Part shown: in pieces, positions 1-12,377 of the stretch
Position numbering within the stretch: position 1 is the first letter of the stretch
How the letters are laid out: each line of letters begins with the position of its first letter
Origin: Octopus vulgaris
Lineage: Eukaryota
Reading direction: 5' to 3'
Length of the DNA: 64,000 nucleotides
NCBI GenBank assembly: GCA_951406725.2
Contig: OX597817.1
Coordinates: 165,726,001-165,790,000, forward strand
Made by a program: the position numbers and the translations under genes
The notes under the pieces: model-generated
The model's input: the letters and a program-made list of their open reading frames with translations, nothing else
Told to the model about the DNA's origin: nothing
Database searches by the model: none

Positions 1-350
1 TTGCTTATCTTCGAAATAAGGAGGTAAATTCACTGATGCGTTAAATAAAATAGAAAATAGAATAATACATATGTATACACACATAGGAAAGACACACCTA
101 TGTTCATGTTTACGGGTGTATATGCATAAAATTGAGTGTACACTACACACACAGACACACACAGACACACACATGCATATATATATATGTGTATATGTAT
201 ACATGTAAATACAAACAGTGGTATATATGCGTGAGTGTTTACGTATGCGCAGGTATAGAGATATAATCAGACACCTATGTATATACACTCACATACAATT
301 GCGTTTAACGTTACACACACATACACTCACATAAATTATGTGTATATATG

Positions 351-384
<34 letters not shown>

Positions 385-711
385 ATATTATATATATATT
401 ATATATTATATATATATTATTATATATATATTATATATCATATATATATTATTATTATATATATATATATATATGCATACATATACGTACATAAGTATAT
501 TGATTGTATGTATATAGATACACACTCAGACACAAACGTGCGTATAATAGCTATAAAAATATACATTACATCATATGTATATACGTAGGTATATTGTAAT
601 ACATATACGATACGTATATATATACACACACATATATATTTATACACACACATTATCTCTCTCTCTCTCTCACTCACCCACACACACACATATATATATA
701 TATATACACAC

Positions 712-791
712 ACACCATGTGTCTCTCACATATATATGTTTATGCACATCTTTCTCTCTCTCTCTCTCTCAGACGGACACAGATACACTCA

Positions 792-867
<76 letters not shown>

Positions 868-1066
868 TAAATACATACATACATAAATACGTGCATGCAT
901 ACATACATACATGCATACATACATACATACATACATATACATACACCATGTGTCACTCACACACATATATGTTTATGCACACCTCTCTCTCTCTCTCTCT
1001 CAGACGGACACAGATACACTCACACGCATACACACACACATATATATATAAATATGAATACATACA

Positions 1067-1098
<32 letters not shown>

Positions 1099-1250
1099 CA
1101 TACACCATGTGTCTCTCACACACATATATGTTTATGCACACCTTCTCTCTCTCTCTCTCTCAGACGGACACAGATACACTCACACACATACACACACACA
1201 CATATATAAATATAAATACATACATACATACATACATAAACACATGCATA
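712..1250. repeat. Three tandem copies of a composite, microsatellite-containing unit
   Basis: The unit acaccatgtgtc...gtttatgcaca...(ct)n cagacggacacagatacactcac...ataaatacatac starts at about 712, 943 and 1102. Confidence 0.85.
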
Positions 1251-1581
1251 TACACGTATATAATACAAACTAATAAAAACACAGTTTCAACATAAAGGAT
1301 GAAGCACACTCATCTACTATTACTATAATCACCACCACCACTACTCCGGCTTCAATTCACATCACACATTCACCTCTACCCGACTCTGTGATCCTTCCAG
1401 GCCGTACCACCACCAACACCACAGCCACAAACACCACCACCCACAACAACACTACCGCCATCACCACCAACACCAACACTTTAAAAACAACAGTAGCAGC
1501 AACAACAATAACACCACATAGATATATACACACACTTTTATAAAACAATAATAATACAAGCAGAACACCACCATCACCACC

Positions 1582-1613
<32 letters not shown>

Positions 1614-1921
1614 AGATTTTTGGTAAATGGAGTCCTAATTAGTCTCTGTATGTCCCTATAGTCTGTACATACCCCTATAGATTTACATCCAGGCCACCCA
1701 TCCGCCAACCAGCCAGCACTTACTTTCCACTATACACCCTGTCTCTTATTTTACATACCCTAGGAACCTTAATCCTATACAAACACATGCAATCACAAAC
1801 GCGTCGACAAGCACAATGACACACAACGCATTCAGATATACATACATGCATACATTCATGCATATATACATACGTAAATATATATATACATATACATATA
1901 TATATATACATATATATACAT

Positions 1922-1967
<46 letters not shown>

Positions 1968-2266
1968 ATATATATATACACATATATACATACACATATA
2001 TACATACACACACATATATATACACATACATATATAGACATATATACATACACACATATATATGTATATATAGATATATACATATATAAATATATATGTA
2101 TATATATATACATATATATATATATAAACATACATATATATATATATACATATATATACATATATACGTATATTTATATATGTATATTTAATATAGATAT
2201 AATATATATATAAATCTATCCATATATATAAATGCATCCATATACATATATACATACATAAATATG

Positions 2267-2327
<61 letters not shown>

Positions 2328-2556
2328 TATATATACATATATATATATACATATAATATACATACATATATATATATACATATAATATACATACATATAT
2401 ATATATATACATATAAATATACACACATGTGTATATATATATATATATATACATCTAAATATCCATGTATATATATACATATATAAATACATACATACAT
2501 GTATAAATAGACACATAGGTATTTATTTACGTACATACACGCGCGCACACACACAC

Positions 2557-2603
<47 letters not shown>

Positions 2604-3019
2604 CGTACAATCACAAAGGCAAGTTTCGCATAGAAGCACAGATTAATGTATACAAATACTAAACACCACCACATATAAGAAATACGTGAAAATAAACAAA
2701 AAACACTGAGACATACACACAAAAACATATAGAGTAACAAAGAAAAATACGTATGTAGATAGCCAGATAGATATATAGAAATAAAAGAAATATCATGAAT
2801 GCAATACGCAATCACGAAGGTACAGACATAAAAAAAAAAATACGTATATAGAATCTCGCAAATACACATAAAAAACATACAAATATTTACAAATACAGAA
2901 TATCCAATATAGTATCATATATATATATATATATATACACTCACAACACATAAACATGTATTTATAAAAACACATATATAATCACATATACACAAATATG
3001 CATATATGAAGGTATATAT

Positions 3020-3050
<31 letters not shown>

Positions 3051-3367
3051 CATACAATATACGTATACGTATAACATATGCATAACATACACATTCCATA
3101 TACATACATATCCACACGTTTACTTACACACATATATATATATATACAGTATATGTAGAACATATACATAACATATACATACATACATTCATATATATGT
3201 GTGTGTGTATTTATATTCACATACGTATGCACATATACGCATAGAGTATATAGCACATATACATATATAATATATATGTATATATATATATATACATACA
3301 TATATATATATGTATATATATATATATATGTAGACATACATATATACATATGTATATAAATATATAA

Positions 3368-3428
<61 letters not shown>

Positions 3429-4307
3429 AACACGCACACGTACAAACACACACACACACACATATATATGAATACACCCTATGTCAATCTATATAAACCC
3501 TTAAAACTCTTTCTTCTATTTACGGAGTTTCGATATAAAAACAAAGAACAAATGCGAAAAATCCCCCCCCTCCCAAAAAAAAAAAATTTGCCTTTTCTTA
3601 AAATACAAATAAAATAATACAATCAAACAGAAGAAGAAACAACATAAGAGAAAATATAAAATAAAATGAAGGAAAACGAAGCGGATAAGAAAATAAACAC
3701 GATTTTTACTTCGGGGTTTTATTTCGCGCGATTGCGCATGTATGTGTCTGTGTGTTCTATGTTTCAACTATATTATTATTTGCGGGAGACGATCGAGTGA
3801 CAGGAATGGTAGAAGTGCCTTATTAAATACCTAACGGTATTGAAACAGTATCTGTCTTTCACGTTGTGAGTTCAAATCCATCTGGATTTTTAACATTACC
3901 CCATCATATTACTCAAGAGGGTGGGTTTTTTTTTTTTTTAATGTTTGTGTGTTCGATGTTTCGGTAGTTTGTGGGAGGCAATTGAGGGATGGAGAGCCTT
4001 AGTTATAAAGAGTGCCGCATTTAAAATGCTTCACAGTATTGAAATAGTAATATATCTATATCTGTTTTCCACGTTGGTTTTTAAGTTCGTTCCATCGTAT
4101 TTCTCAGGAGGTGATGCTAAAATAAATATCACTCTTGAGCAATTTCATAGACTACACATACAGATTTTTCCATATATATTCTGAGATAGAAACAAATACG
4201 CACGCGAACACACACAGACAGACAGAGACACATACACATATCTATACACTCAAATATGTATATGTACATACATGTGCGTGCATTTTGTTTATTTTCGTAA
4301 ACTTTCC

Positions 4308-4354
<47 letters not shown>

Positions 4355-4359
4355 AATAT

Positions 4360-4400
<41 letters not shown>

Positions 4401-4531
4401 CGTAAATCTGTCTCTCTCTCTATGCCGGTTTGCGCGTGTAATCACTACCTATTTTTCAAGAGGTGATGTTAAAATACCTATCACTATTGAGCAATTTTGG
4501 AGATTACTCATACAGTACAGTTCTATATTTA

Positions 4532-4695
4532 AGAGATGAGGAATTATGCGCATTATTTACATTCAACGGATATTTCTCCTCATCTTGTTTGTTGTTAACA
4601 CAAGGTTTCGGCTGATATACGCTCAGCTTTCTTCAGGTGTCTTGGGGAAATTTCAATCCTGGGTTCTCATTCCTAAAGTATATTTTTCGATGTTA

Positions 4696-4726
<31 letters not shown>

Positions 4727-4857
4727 TATTATTATCATTATTATTATTATTACTATTATCATTGTTCAGGTCACTGCTTGGAATCGAACTCGGAATCTTG
4801 GGGTTAGTAGCTCGCGCTCTTAACCACTACACCATATACCCTTGAATGTAAATAATG
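4532..4857 (-). mobile_element. tRNA-headed SINE-like element with a hammerhead-like motif and a short inverted terminal repeat (Penelope-like)
   Basis: On the minus strand: A-box TGGTGTAGTGG, B-box GAGTTCGATTCC, (AAT)n spacer, then GACAC-CTGAAGA-stem-GAAA-CCTT-GTGTT at 4597-4641. A 16-bp inverted repeat lies at 4551-4566 and 4842-4857. Confidence 0.7.
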
Positions 4858-5576
4858 TAAATACAGTCACAGTCTTTTCAAATATATTCTGAAACACATA
4901 TATATGGATATATTCATACATGCATAATATATATCTATATATGCGTGCAGTCCTCATTTAACGCTCTCATAGGATTCGTGACTTAAACTGAAGGAACGTA
5001 AAGCAAAACTACAATAAAAAATGGCTGGCTTTTCCTCTAGAAAATTCGTCGTAGTTTCATCCCCACCCCTGTATTTTGTTGTTTCGCTGCACCTCCGCAT
5101 TCTTTGAAATTGTGTATTTGAGGCTCCCAACCTTTATAAATTTATGACACTCTTTTAATAACACGAATTATTAAACCAGCCGAAAGGTAAAACTCAATGG
5201 GAAATTGAAGAAAAAATATTTTAGGCTCAAGTCTCTTCTACAAACGAGTTACTATTTTGTGTGCTTTGAATATAAAATCATGCTTTAGTTTGTATTATTA
5301 TTTTATATTGTTACTACTATCGTACTTTAAAAGTGTTGCAAACCTATAAAGTAGTTGGTTGACGTAACGTATAAAGATTGTATCTCAGAATACGTTCGTG
5401 ATAAAAAAAAATGGTGGATGTGTGGCATCGGTTTTACTTCTTATTATTTATGGGTTTTTTTTCTTTTTATATTTGAATGTATTCAAAATGAAAGATATCA
5501 CTAAACGAAAGAAATGATAAGGCAAATAAAATTTCGATTTGAGAGTCGTACACATGGAATACACACACACAGACAC

Positions 5577-5631
<55 letters not shown>

Positions 5632-5640
<9 letters not shown>

Positions 5641-5816
5641 CATAAAAAGTAACTAAATGGTACAACGAGGCACCGATATTTACTGGAAAATAGATAGCAA
5701 TCGTAGTAAATACGACGCTATTGTAAGCTATACAATAGCGTCGTATTTATTACGATTGCTATTTTCCAGTAAATATCAGTGCCTCGTTGTACCATTTAGT
5801 TATTTTTATATGTATA
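5632..5816. repeat. Long near-perfect palindrome (~90-bp arms, 5-nt loop)
   Basis: aactaaatggtacaacgaggcac...gctattgta, loop agcta, then tacaatagc...gtgcctcgttgtaccatttagtt. Confidence 0.9.
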
Positions 5817-5866
5817 ATTTTACCCTTACGGGCTATCTTTTACTGGAAAGCAATACTTTCGTATTG

Positions 5867-5931
<65 letters not shown>

Positions 5932-6043
5932 ATACAAATACGTACATATGCATATATACATATATATATGTATGTAAATATATATATGTATATATATATA
6001 ATGTATATATATGTATATATATATATGTATATATATGTATATA

Positions 6044-6122
<79 letters not shown>

Positions 6123-6338
6123 CCTTTTTCCAAGAAATCTAATGCTCGGAGTTTAGTATTTCCTTGGGGCTGGCCGGATCGGAGCGATATCAGGATTAAT
6201 CAGCCGAAATTGCTAAGTTGATCCGGTTCCTGACTGAAGATTAGAGGCTTCGAATGACCTGTCTGTTTTTTTTTTGGTGTCGTCTCTTTGTGTAGTTTGC
6301 GTTCTTGTCCCCTTTTGTACATTTTATATATAATTTTT

Positions 6339-6438
<100 letters not shown>

Positions 6439-6578
6439 CCAAAGAAAACAGGGATGAAAACATCGAATCTTTCATTGGCTCCACTTTAAAATACCCAATT
6501 TTGCAGAGAAATTCTTAAAAATTACATGGGTATATATTAAATTTGTTAAATTATAAAATTTAGAAAAAGGAATAGAAA

Positions 6579-6642
<64 letters not shown>

Positions 6643-6728
6643 CCAATTCAAAAATTAAAATTTAAAATTGATTGGCCTGATACTATATTGTACAATATAT
6701 AATAAATATAATAAATAATATATAATAA

Positions 6729-7139
6729 TACGAAGAAAGGCTGAGGAAGCTCGACCTTTATTCTCTTGAAAAACGCCGCCGCCGTGGTGATCTCATTCTC
6801 GCCCACAACATCATAAGCGGGAAGTGTAACCTCTCGAAAGAGCTGTTCTTCACTCCTGCTCCGGAGCGTCGGCTGCGGGGTCATTCCGAAAAGCTCTACC
6901 TGCGACGATTTCATCTCAATCGAAGGAGAGGAGCTTTCTCCGTCCGGGTTGCGGATCCGTGGAACAAGCTGCCAGATGAGATGGTGAAGATGCCGACGAC
7001 CGCTTTGTTCAAAGCCTCCCTGGACCTCAGGTGGCCTGAACTCTTTACATGAACACCACCCTGTACTTAACTCCATGTCCCCCTACATGGCCTTGCTATT
7101 TGCTTTTGAGCCAAATTAACTAACTAACTAACTAACTAA
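6729..7139 (+). mobile_element. 5'-truncated CR1-type LINE (ORF2 C-terminus, 3'UTR and (AACT)n tail)
   Basis: Stop-free frame 6729-7052: YEERLRKLDLYSLEKRRRRGDLI...RLRGHSEKL...FSVRVADPWNKLP...FKASLD, which carries the typical CR1 C-terminal motifs. Tetranucleotide tail at ~7118-7139. Confidence 0.88.
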
Positions 7140-7338
7140 TAATATATATATATATATAAGTATATGCATATTATGTTCATAAATATATATCCACAGATAT
7201 AAACAATTATACATATAAAAACATAAATATACATGTGTATATAAATATATATACATATGTGTGTGTGTATACACATTTGTATGCATGTATGTATATCTAT
7301 GTTAATCTTTACTCCGGTATGTGTCTGTCTCCCGTCTG

Positions 7339-7457
<119 letters not shown>

Positions 7458-8219
7458 GTCTATCTGTCTATCTATTTGTCTGTTTATCTATCTATGTATC
7501 TCTATATCTCTCGTTCGATCGATCGGTCGATCAACCGATCTATATACGTACATATTTGCATACATACTTAGTCGTCATGTGTACGGTGAACATGGAAAAT
7601 AAAAATGATAAATTGAACATTTATTTTTAGTGTGATCGCGCAGATTAAGGTTGGGAGCTGGCAGAATCGTCAGCATACCGGAGAAAATGTTTAGCAGTAT
7701 TTTATCCGTGTTTATACTATGAGTTAAAATGGCGGCGAGGTCGATATTGCCTTTCTCAGTTTCGAGGTCCTTTAAATAAGTACCAGCTGAGCACTGTAGT
7801 CGATATAATCGACTTTCTCCCTCTCCCGATATATCTGGCTTTGTGCTTAGAGCTTTAAACCAATATATTCCTGTAGATTCGAACATGAATATACCAATCG
7901 ATGAAAAACAGGAGCGAGTAAAGCGGCTGAATCTCAGAAATGCAAGAAACTCTAAGAAAAGAAGTTTAGCTCAAAGTGTTTAAGACAGTATCAAGGAAAA
8001 GAGGTAGAGGGACAAATTAAGGCGAAACGAAATTTATGTGTGTATACATATTGTAATTTGCATTGTATAGGTTATTTACTCCTGCCTTACAATCATAGTT
8101 GGGTAGTTCTCTCCAGGCGAAGATACTTGTAAATTGTCACACTCGGAATCGAACCAGCGTACTCAGCATTCACTTCTTCCTATAATCCGTTATATTTAGA
8201 ATGGCAATTTGTCAATAAA

Positions 8220-8390
<171 letters not shown>

Positions 8391-8571
8391 TGCTGCTGCT
8401 GCCTCTGCTGCTGATAACCGTTTCAGATTATGGCAAACACCAATTGACCCCAGTACTTTACCATACTAATTTTTCACCACCTCCCTTAAGGACAAATTGT
8501 AACGTTGACCTCAGCAGGATTTGAATTCAGAACGTAAAGTGCCGGACGATCTTCACCTGATTTTTATTATA

Positions 8572-8791
8572 ACTCTCTTTACTCTTTACTCTTTTACTTG
8601 TTTCAGTCATTTGACTGCGGCCATGCTGGAGCACCGCCTTTAATCGAGCAACTCGACCCCTGGACTTATTCTTTGTAAGCCCAGTACTTATTCTATCGGT
8701 CTCTTTGCCGAACCGCTAAATGACGGGGACATAAACACACCAGCATCGGTTGTCAAGCGATGTTGGGGGGACAAACACAGATATACAAACT

Positions 8792-8825
<34 letters not shown>

Positions 8826-8997
8826 CATATATACGACGGGCTTCTTTCAGTTTCCATCTACCAAATCCACTCACAAGGCTTTGGTCGGCCCGAGGCTATA
8901 GTAGAAGACAGTTGCCCAAGGTGCCACGCAGTGGGACTGAACCCGGGACCATGTGGTTGGTAAACAAGATACTTACCACACAGCCACTCCTGCGCCT
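8572..8997 (-). mobile_element. tRNA-derived SINE family A, full length
   Basis: Head aggcgcaggagtggctgtgtggtaag...ggttcagtccc (A/B boxes), internal (TA)/(TG) tract, 3' end ggtgctccagcatggccgcagtcaaatgactgaaacaag with an (AAAGAGT)n tail. More than 15 related copies in the window. Confidence 0.9.
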
Positions 8998-9176
8998 ATT
9001 AGTTATTTTGCAGAGTTCTTTCGTTGGACATTCCTTGACCTCTTGAATGACTATAAGTTTTTCGTGTCTCTTCCGAAACTACAGCAGACCAAACTAGGCT
9101 GGTAAAAGCGATACATAAAAGAATAAAGAAATAATCGCTTTCAGAATAACAGGAAAAGAAAGAGGAACTTACATAC

Positions 9177-9285
9177 CGTTGAGGGATGGTTCAGATTTTA
9201 TCGGAGTTTTGGATTTAGCTAAATTTTTCGGCTTCCGTTTCCTCGTCTGAATACCATCTTTCTTCATGGCCAAAGGTCTGTTCAC
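9177..9285 (-). CDS. GATA4/5/6: GATA4/5/6-class transcription factor, exon encoding the basic region/NLS after the C-finger
   Basis: Translates [36 protein letters not shown](G). TRKRKPK is typical of the GATA4/5/6 class rather than GATA1/2/3 (TRNRK). Acceptor is gtttttgtttttag| at 9286. Donor is ACG|gtatgt at 9176, with an alternative gtaagt at 9172 that would end the exon at 9173. Not in the ORF track. Confidence 0.92.
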
Positions 9286-9438
9286 CTAAAAACAAAAACG
9301 TATTAGAGAGAATTATAGCAAAGAAAAAAAGAAATGATTATTTCGGGAGGTTTTATGATACATCGTCGCTCACGTACAACTATATGTAGGTTGGAATCTA
9401 AACGGATGTGCGTGTTTTGCTTGTTAGACGTTTGTATG

Positions 9439-9473
<35 letters not shown>

Positions 9474-9624
9474 AAGTAGATAAATGAATTATCTTATTAC
9501 GGATAATTCAAATGATAACCGACACCTGGGTAGCAAAAATCACAACAGAAAAAGCACGGTTGAGGTTACGATCACGGGGCCTAAAATCCGTGCCTTAGTG
9601 CGGAAATTTGAAGTTTTATATATT

Positions 9625-9811
9625 TAGTGTAGGAAGAAATGGAGCTGAACGAAGATTTAACAAAATTCCTTTTTATTATATTCTACATATGTTTCAAAGG
9701 CTGCAAAGTCAGCAACCGAATTAGTGACTTTGCAGCCTTTGAAACATATGTAGAATATAATAAAAAGGAATTTTGTTAAATCTTCGTTCAGCTCCATTTC
9801 TTCCTACACTA
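9625..9811. repeat. Perfect inverted repeat (87-bp arms, 13-nt loop) inside a GATA intron
   Basis: 9625-9711 is the exact reverse complement of 9725-9811. Confidence 0.95.
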
Positions 9812-9825
9812 TATATATATATATA

Positions 9826-10049
9826 CGGCGAACTGGCAGAAACGTTAGCACGCCGGGCGAAATGCGTAGCTGTATTTCGTCTGTCGTCACGTTCCGAGTT
9901 CAAATTCCGCCGAGGTCGACTTTGCCTTTCATCCTTTCAGGGTCGATAAATTAAGTACCAGTTACACACTGGGGTCGATATAATCGACTTAATCCGTTTG
10001 TCTGACCTTGTTTGTCCCGTCTGTGTTTAGCCCCTTGTGGGTAGTAAAG

Positions 10050-10054
<5 letters not shown>
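9826..10054 (+). mobile_element. tRNA-derived SINE family B
   Basis: cggcgaactggcagaa...gagttcaaattccgccgaggtcgactttgcctttcatcctttc...gtcgataaattaagtacca. Near-identical copies at 27162, 33018 and 54629. Confidence 0.88.
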
Positions 10055-10125
<71 letters not shown>

Positions 10126-10161
10126 ATATATATATATATAAATAATATATATATATATATA

Positions 10162-10207
<46 letters not shown>

Positions 10208-10475
10208 ATAAATATGCAAACATGTATATGTATGCATGTGTTTTACCTATTAGATTGTATATTTTGGTATGTGTATATATACACGCATATATACACATTT
10301 GTACCATACAAACACGCGGGGACATGGGCACATACACATCCATAAAAGAGGTCGTAAGAGAGAAAAAGAAAGAGAGAGAAGGGAGAGAGAGGGGAAGGGA
10401 GGGAGAGAGGGGGAGGGAGGGGGAGAGGGGGAGGGAGAGAGGGAGAGAAAGATAGACAGAGAGTGTGGTACTTAC

Positions 10476-10601
10476 TCCATGTAATTTAAAGTATAGTCCG
10501 CAGGCATTGCACACAGGTTCTCCTTCGTTGTTACGTCGCCAGAGGGTTGTGGTTGATGTGTGACAATTGGCGCAGGAAAGTCCTGCTCTTCTGGAGCCCG
10601 A
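10476..10601 (-). CDS. GATA4/5/6: GATA4/5/6-class transcription factor, internal exon encoding the C-terminal zinc finger
   Basis: Translates [42 protein letters not shown]. Acceptor is atttccgtttcag| at 10602 and donor GGA|gtaagt at 10475. 126 nt, phase 0 to 0, in frame with both neighbours. Confidence 0.96.
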
Positions 10602-10682
10602 CTGAAACGGAAATACCTAGTTCCATTAGTCCATTGTTTCTTACTAGTATTCGATAATTATTAAGTTCTTATATTTATCTTA

Positions 10683-11051
10683 TCTCTATATATATAAAGC
10701 TGAAGGTGTCTGTGTATGGCAGGTTTGATAGCCTTCGACTAACACTATCTCCCCCGAGACCCTGCGGCGCAAGTTGACCAAAATTGAGAGTATGATAGAA
10801 GAACGCTTGCTCTTCCTTCCGTAGAAGAAAAAATTCAAATCGGACCATGTTAACACCAAAAATTATTTACATCAAAAAGTCGGGTTTTTTCCATGAAAAT
10901 CCCTATTTTTTACGCTTTTTTGACTGCTGTGTCGCCATTTTTCTGTGTATTTCAACCAGAAAAATGTTCACTTAAAGAGAATAACAAGCAACATAATGCA
11001 AAATTTTTACTTTTCAAAAATTCCAATTCTAACGCCGGGCGATACTGCTAG
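10683..11051 (+). mobile_element. Non-autonomous Helitron
   Basis: A|TC start followed by TATATAAA, 3' end aacgccgggcgatactgCTAG|T, no TSD. The terminus is shared with three other copies. Confidence 0.8.
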
Positions 11052-11075
11052 TCTTATATACAAGTGTTGGCCCTT

Positions 11076-11233
11076 GTATTCAGACGAGGAAACCGAAAAA
11101 TGTAGCTAAATCGAAAACTACGATAAAATCCGAACAATCCCTCAACGGTATGTAAGTTCCCCTTTCTTTTACTGTTATTCTGAAAACCAATATTCCATTA
11201 TTCTTTTATGTATCACTTTGACTAGACTATTTT
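11076..11233 (+). pseudogene. Inverted (antisense) partial duplicate of GATA exon 9177-9285 plus its downstream intron
   Basis: The + strand reads gtattcagacgaggaaa------ccgaaaaatgtagct...ctcaacggtatgtaagttcc...tatgtatc, the reverse complement of 9091-9254. About 141/158 matches by hand, with one 6-nt deletion. It lacks the exon's acceptor and first ~31 nt. Confidence 0.93.
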
Positions 11234-11409
11234 GAACTCCAAGCGTAAGTGAACGGATATATATCCAATGATTACTATGAAGGCTACATACAGAATTTCG
11301 ACATTCGACTTGACCGAGGTGGGTCTTGATCTCAGAACGTCAAGGACCATAACTAAATATTACAAGGTCCTTATGCTCTATTGATTTTTATACCGATACT
11401 AATAGTCTG

Positions 11410-11660
11410 TGGAGGTGCGTGGCTTAGTGGTTAGGTGTATTGGACTCATGATCGTAAATTGTGGTTTCGATTCCTGGACCGGGTAACGCGTTGTGTTCTT
11501 CAGCAAAACATTTAGTTTCACTTTGCTCCAGTCCAGTCAGCGGGCAAAATGAGTAATCCTGCGATGGACCGGCGTCCCGTCCAGGTGGAGAATATACACC
11601 CCGTGGAAACCAGGAAACTGACACTAAGGGACTTGGGAAAGAACACTACTGTTTTTTTAC
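11410..11660 (+). mobile_element. tRNA-derived SINE family D
   Basis: Head ggaggtgcgtggcttagtggttagg...gtttcgattcc. Flanked by an imperfect direct repeat, tactaatagtctg and tactagtagtctg. Relatives at 31144 and 44755. Confidence 0.75.
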
Positions 11661-12154
11661 TACTAGTAGTCTGCTTGCTATTTTTTGATCGACTCTAGAA
11701 TGATGAAAAAGTAAAATTGACAGCGGTGCTATCTGAACTCTGAAACGTGAAGGGAAGAAACACAGTACTAAAAATATCATCTCCTATGTTATCCAGATTT
11801 TGCCTGGCTTGCATGTCTTTAATATTGTGATAAATGGATTTAATTCCTGATCTTTCGCTTTTAAAGATAACAGTTAGTCAGCTAGTAAGTAATAAGGTTT
11901 ATTTGCTTCAGACAACAAATTAAGAATATATTGCTTCCCTCAAAGTCATTAGTGTCGCAATCGAAGTTTAGAGAAAGAGTTACTTTTCCTTAGAGAATTG
12001 TCTTATAAAAACAATACGAATAAATTATAAATTATAAACCTCTAAAAGAGCTTTATGATTTATAATTTATTTGTATTATTTTTATTAAAAAAGACTTTTA
12101 ACCTTATTATATAAATCCATCATTCTCTTTTCCAGTTTCTTTCATCACTGCTAA

Positions 12155-12377
<223 letters not shown>

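Noticed and set aside
1690-1790. Minus-strand AAA|GTAAGT at ~1718-1726 as the end of a downstream GATA exon
   Set aside because: There is no recognisable GATA-like peptide or convincing acceptor, so it cannot be supported.
10381-10445. G-rich tract beside the C-finger donor as a G-quadruplex
   Set aside because: It resembles the GA microsatellites found throughout the window and lies on the template strand, so there is no specific support.
11065-11147. Exon copy as a functional exon of a + strand GATA paralogue (frame open: IQTRKPKNVAKSKTTIKSEQSLN)
   Set aside because: There is no polypyrimidine acceptor, the [10 protein letters not shown] part is missing, and no + strand zinc-finger exons lie upstream in the window.
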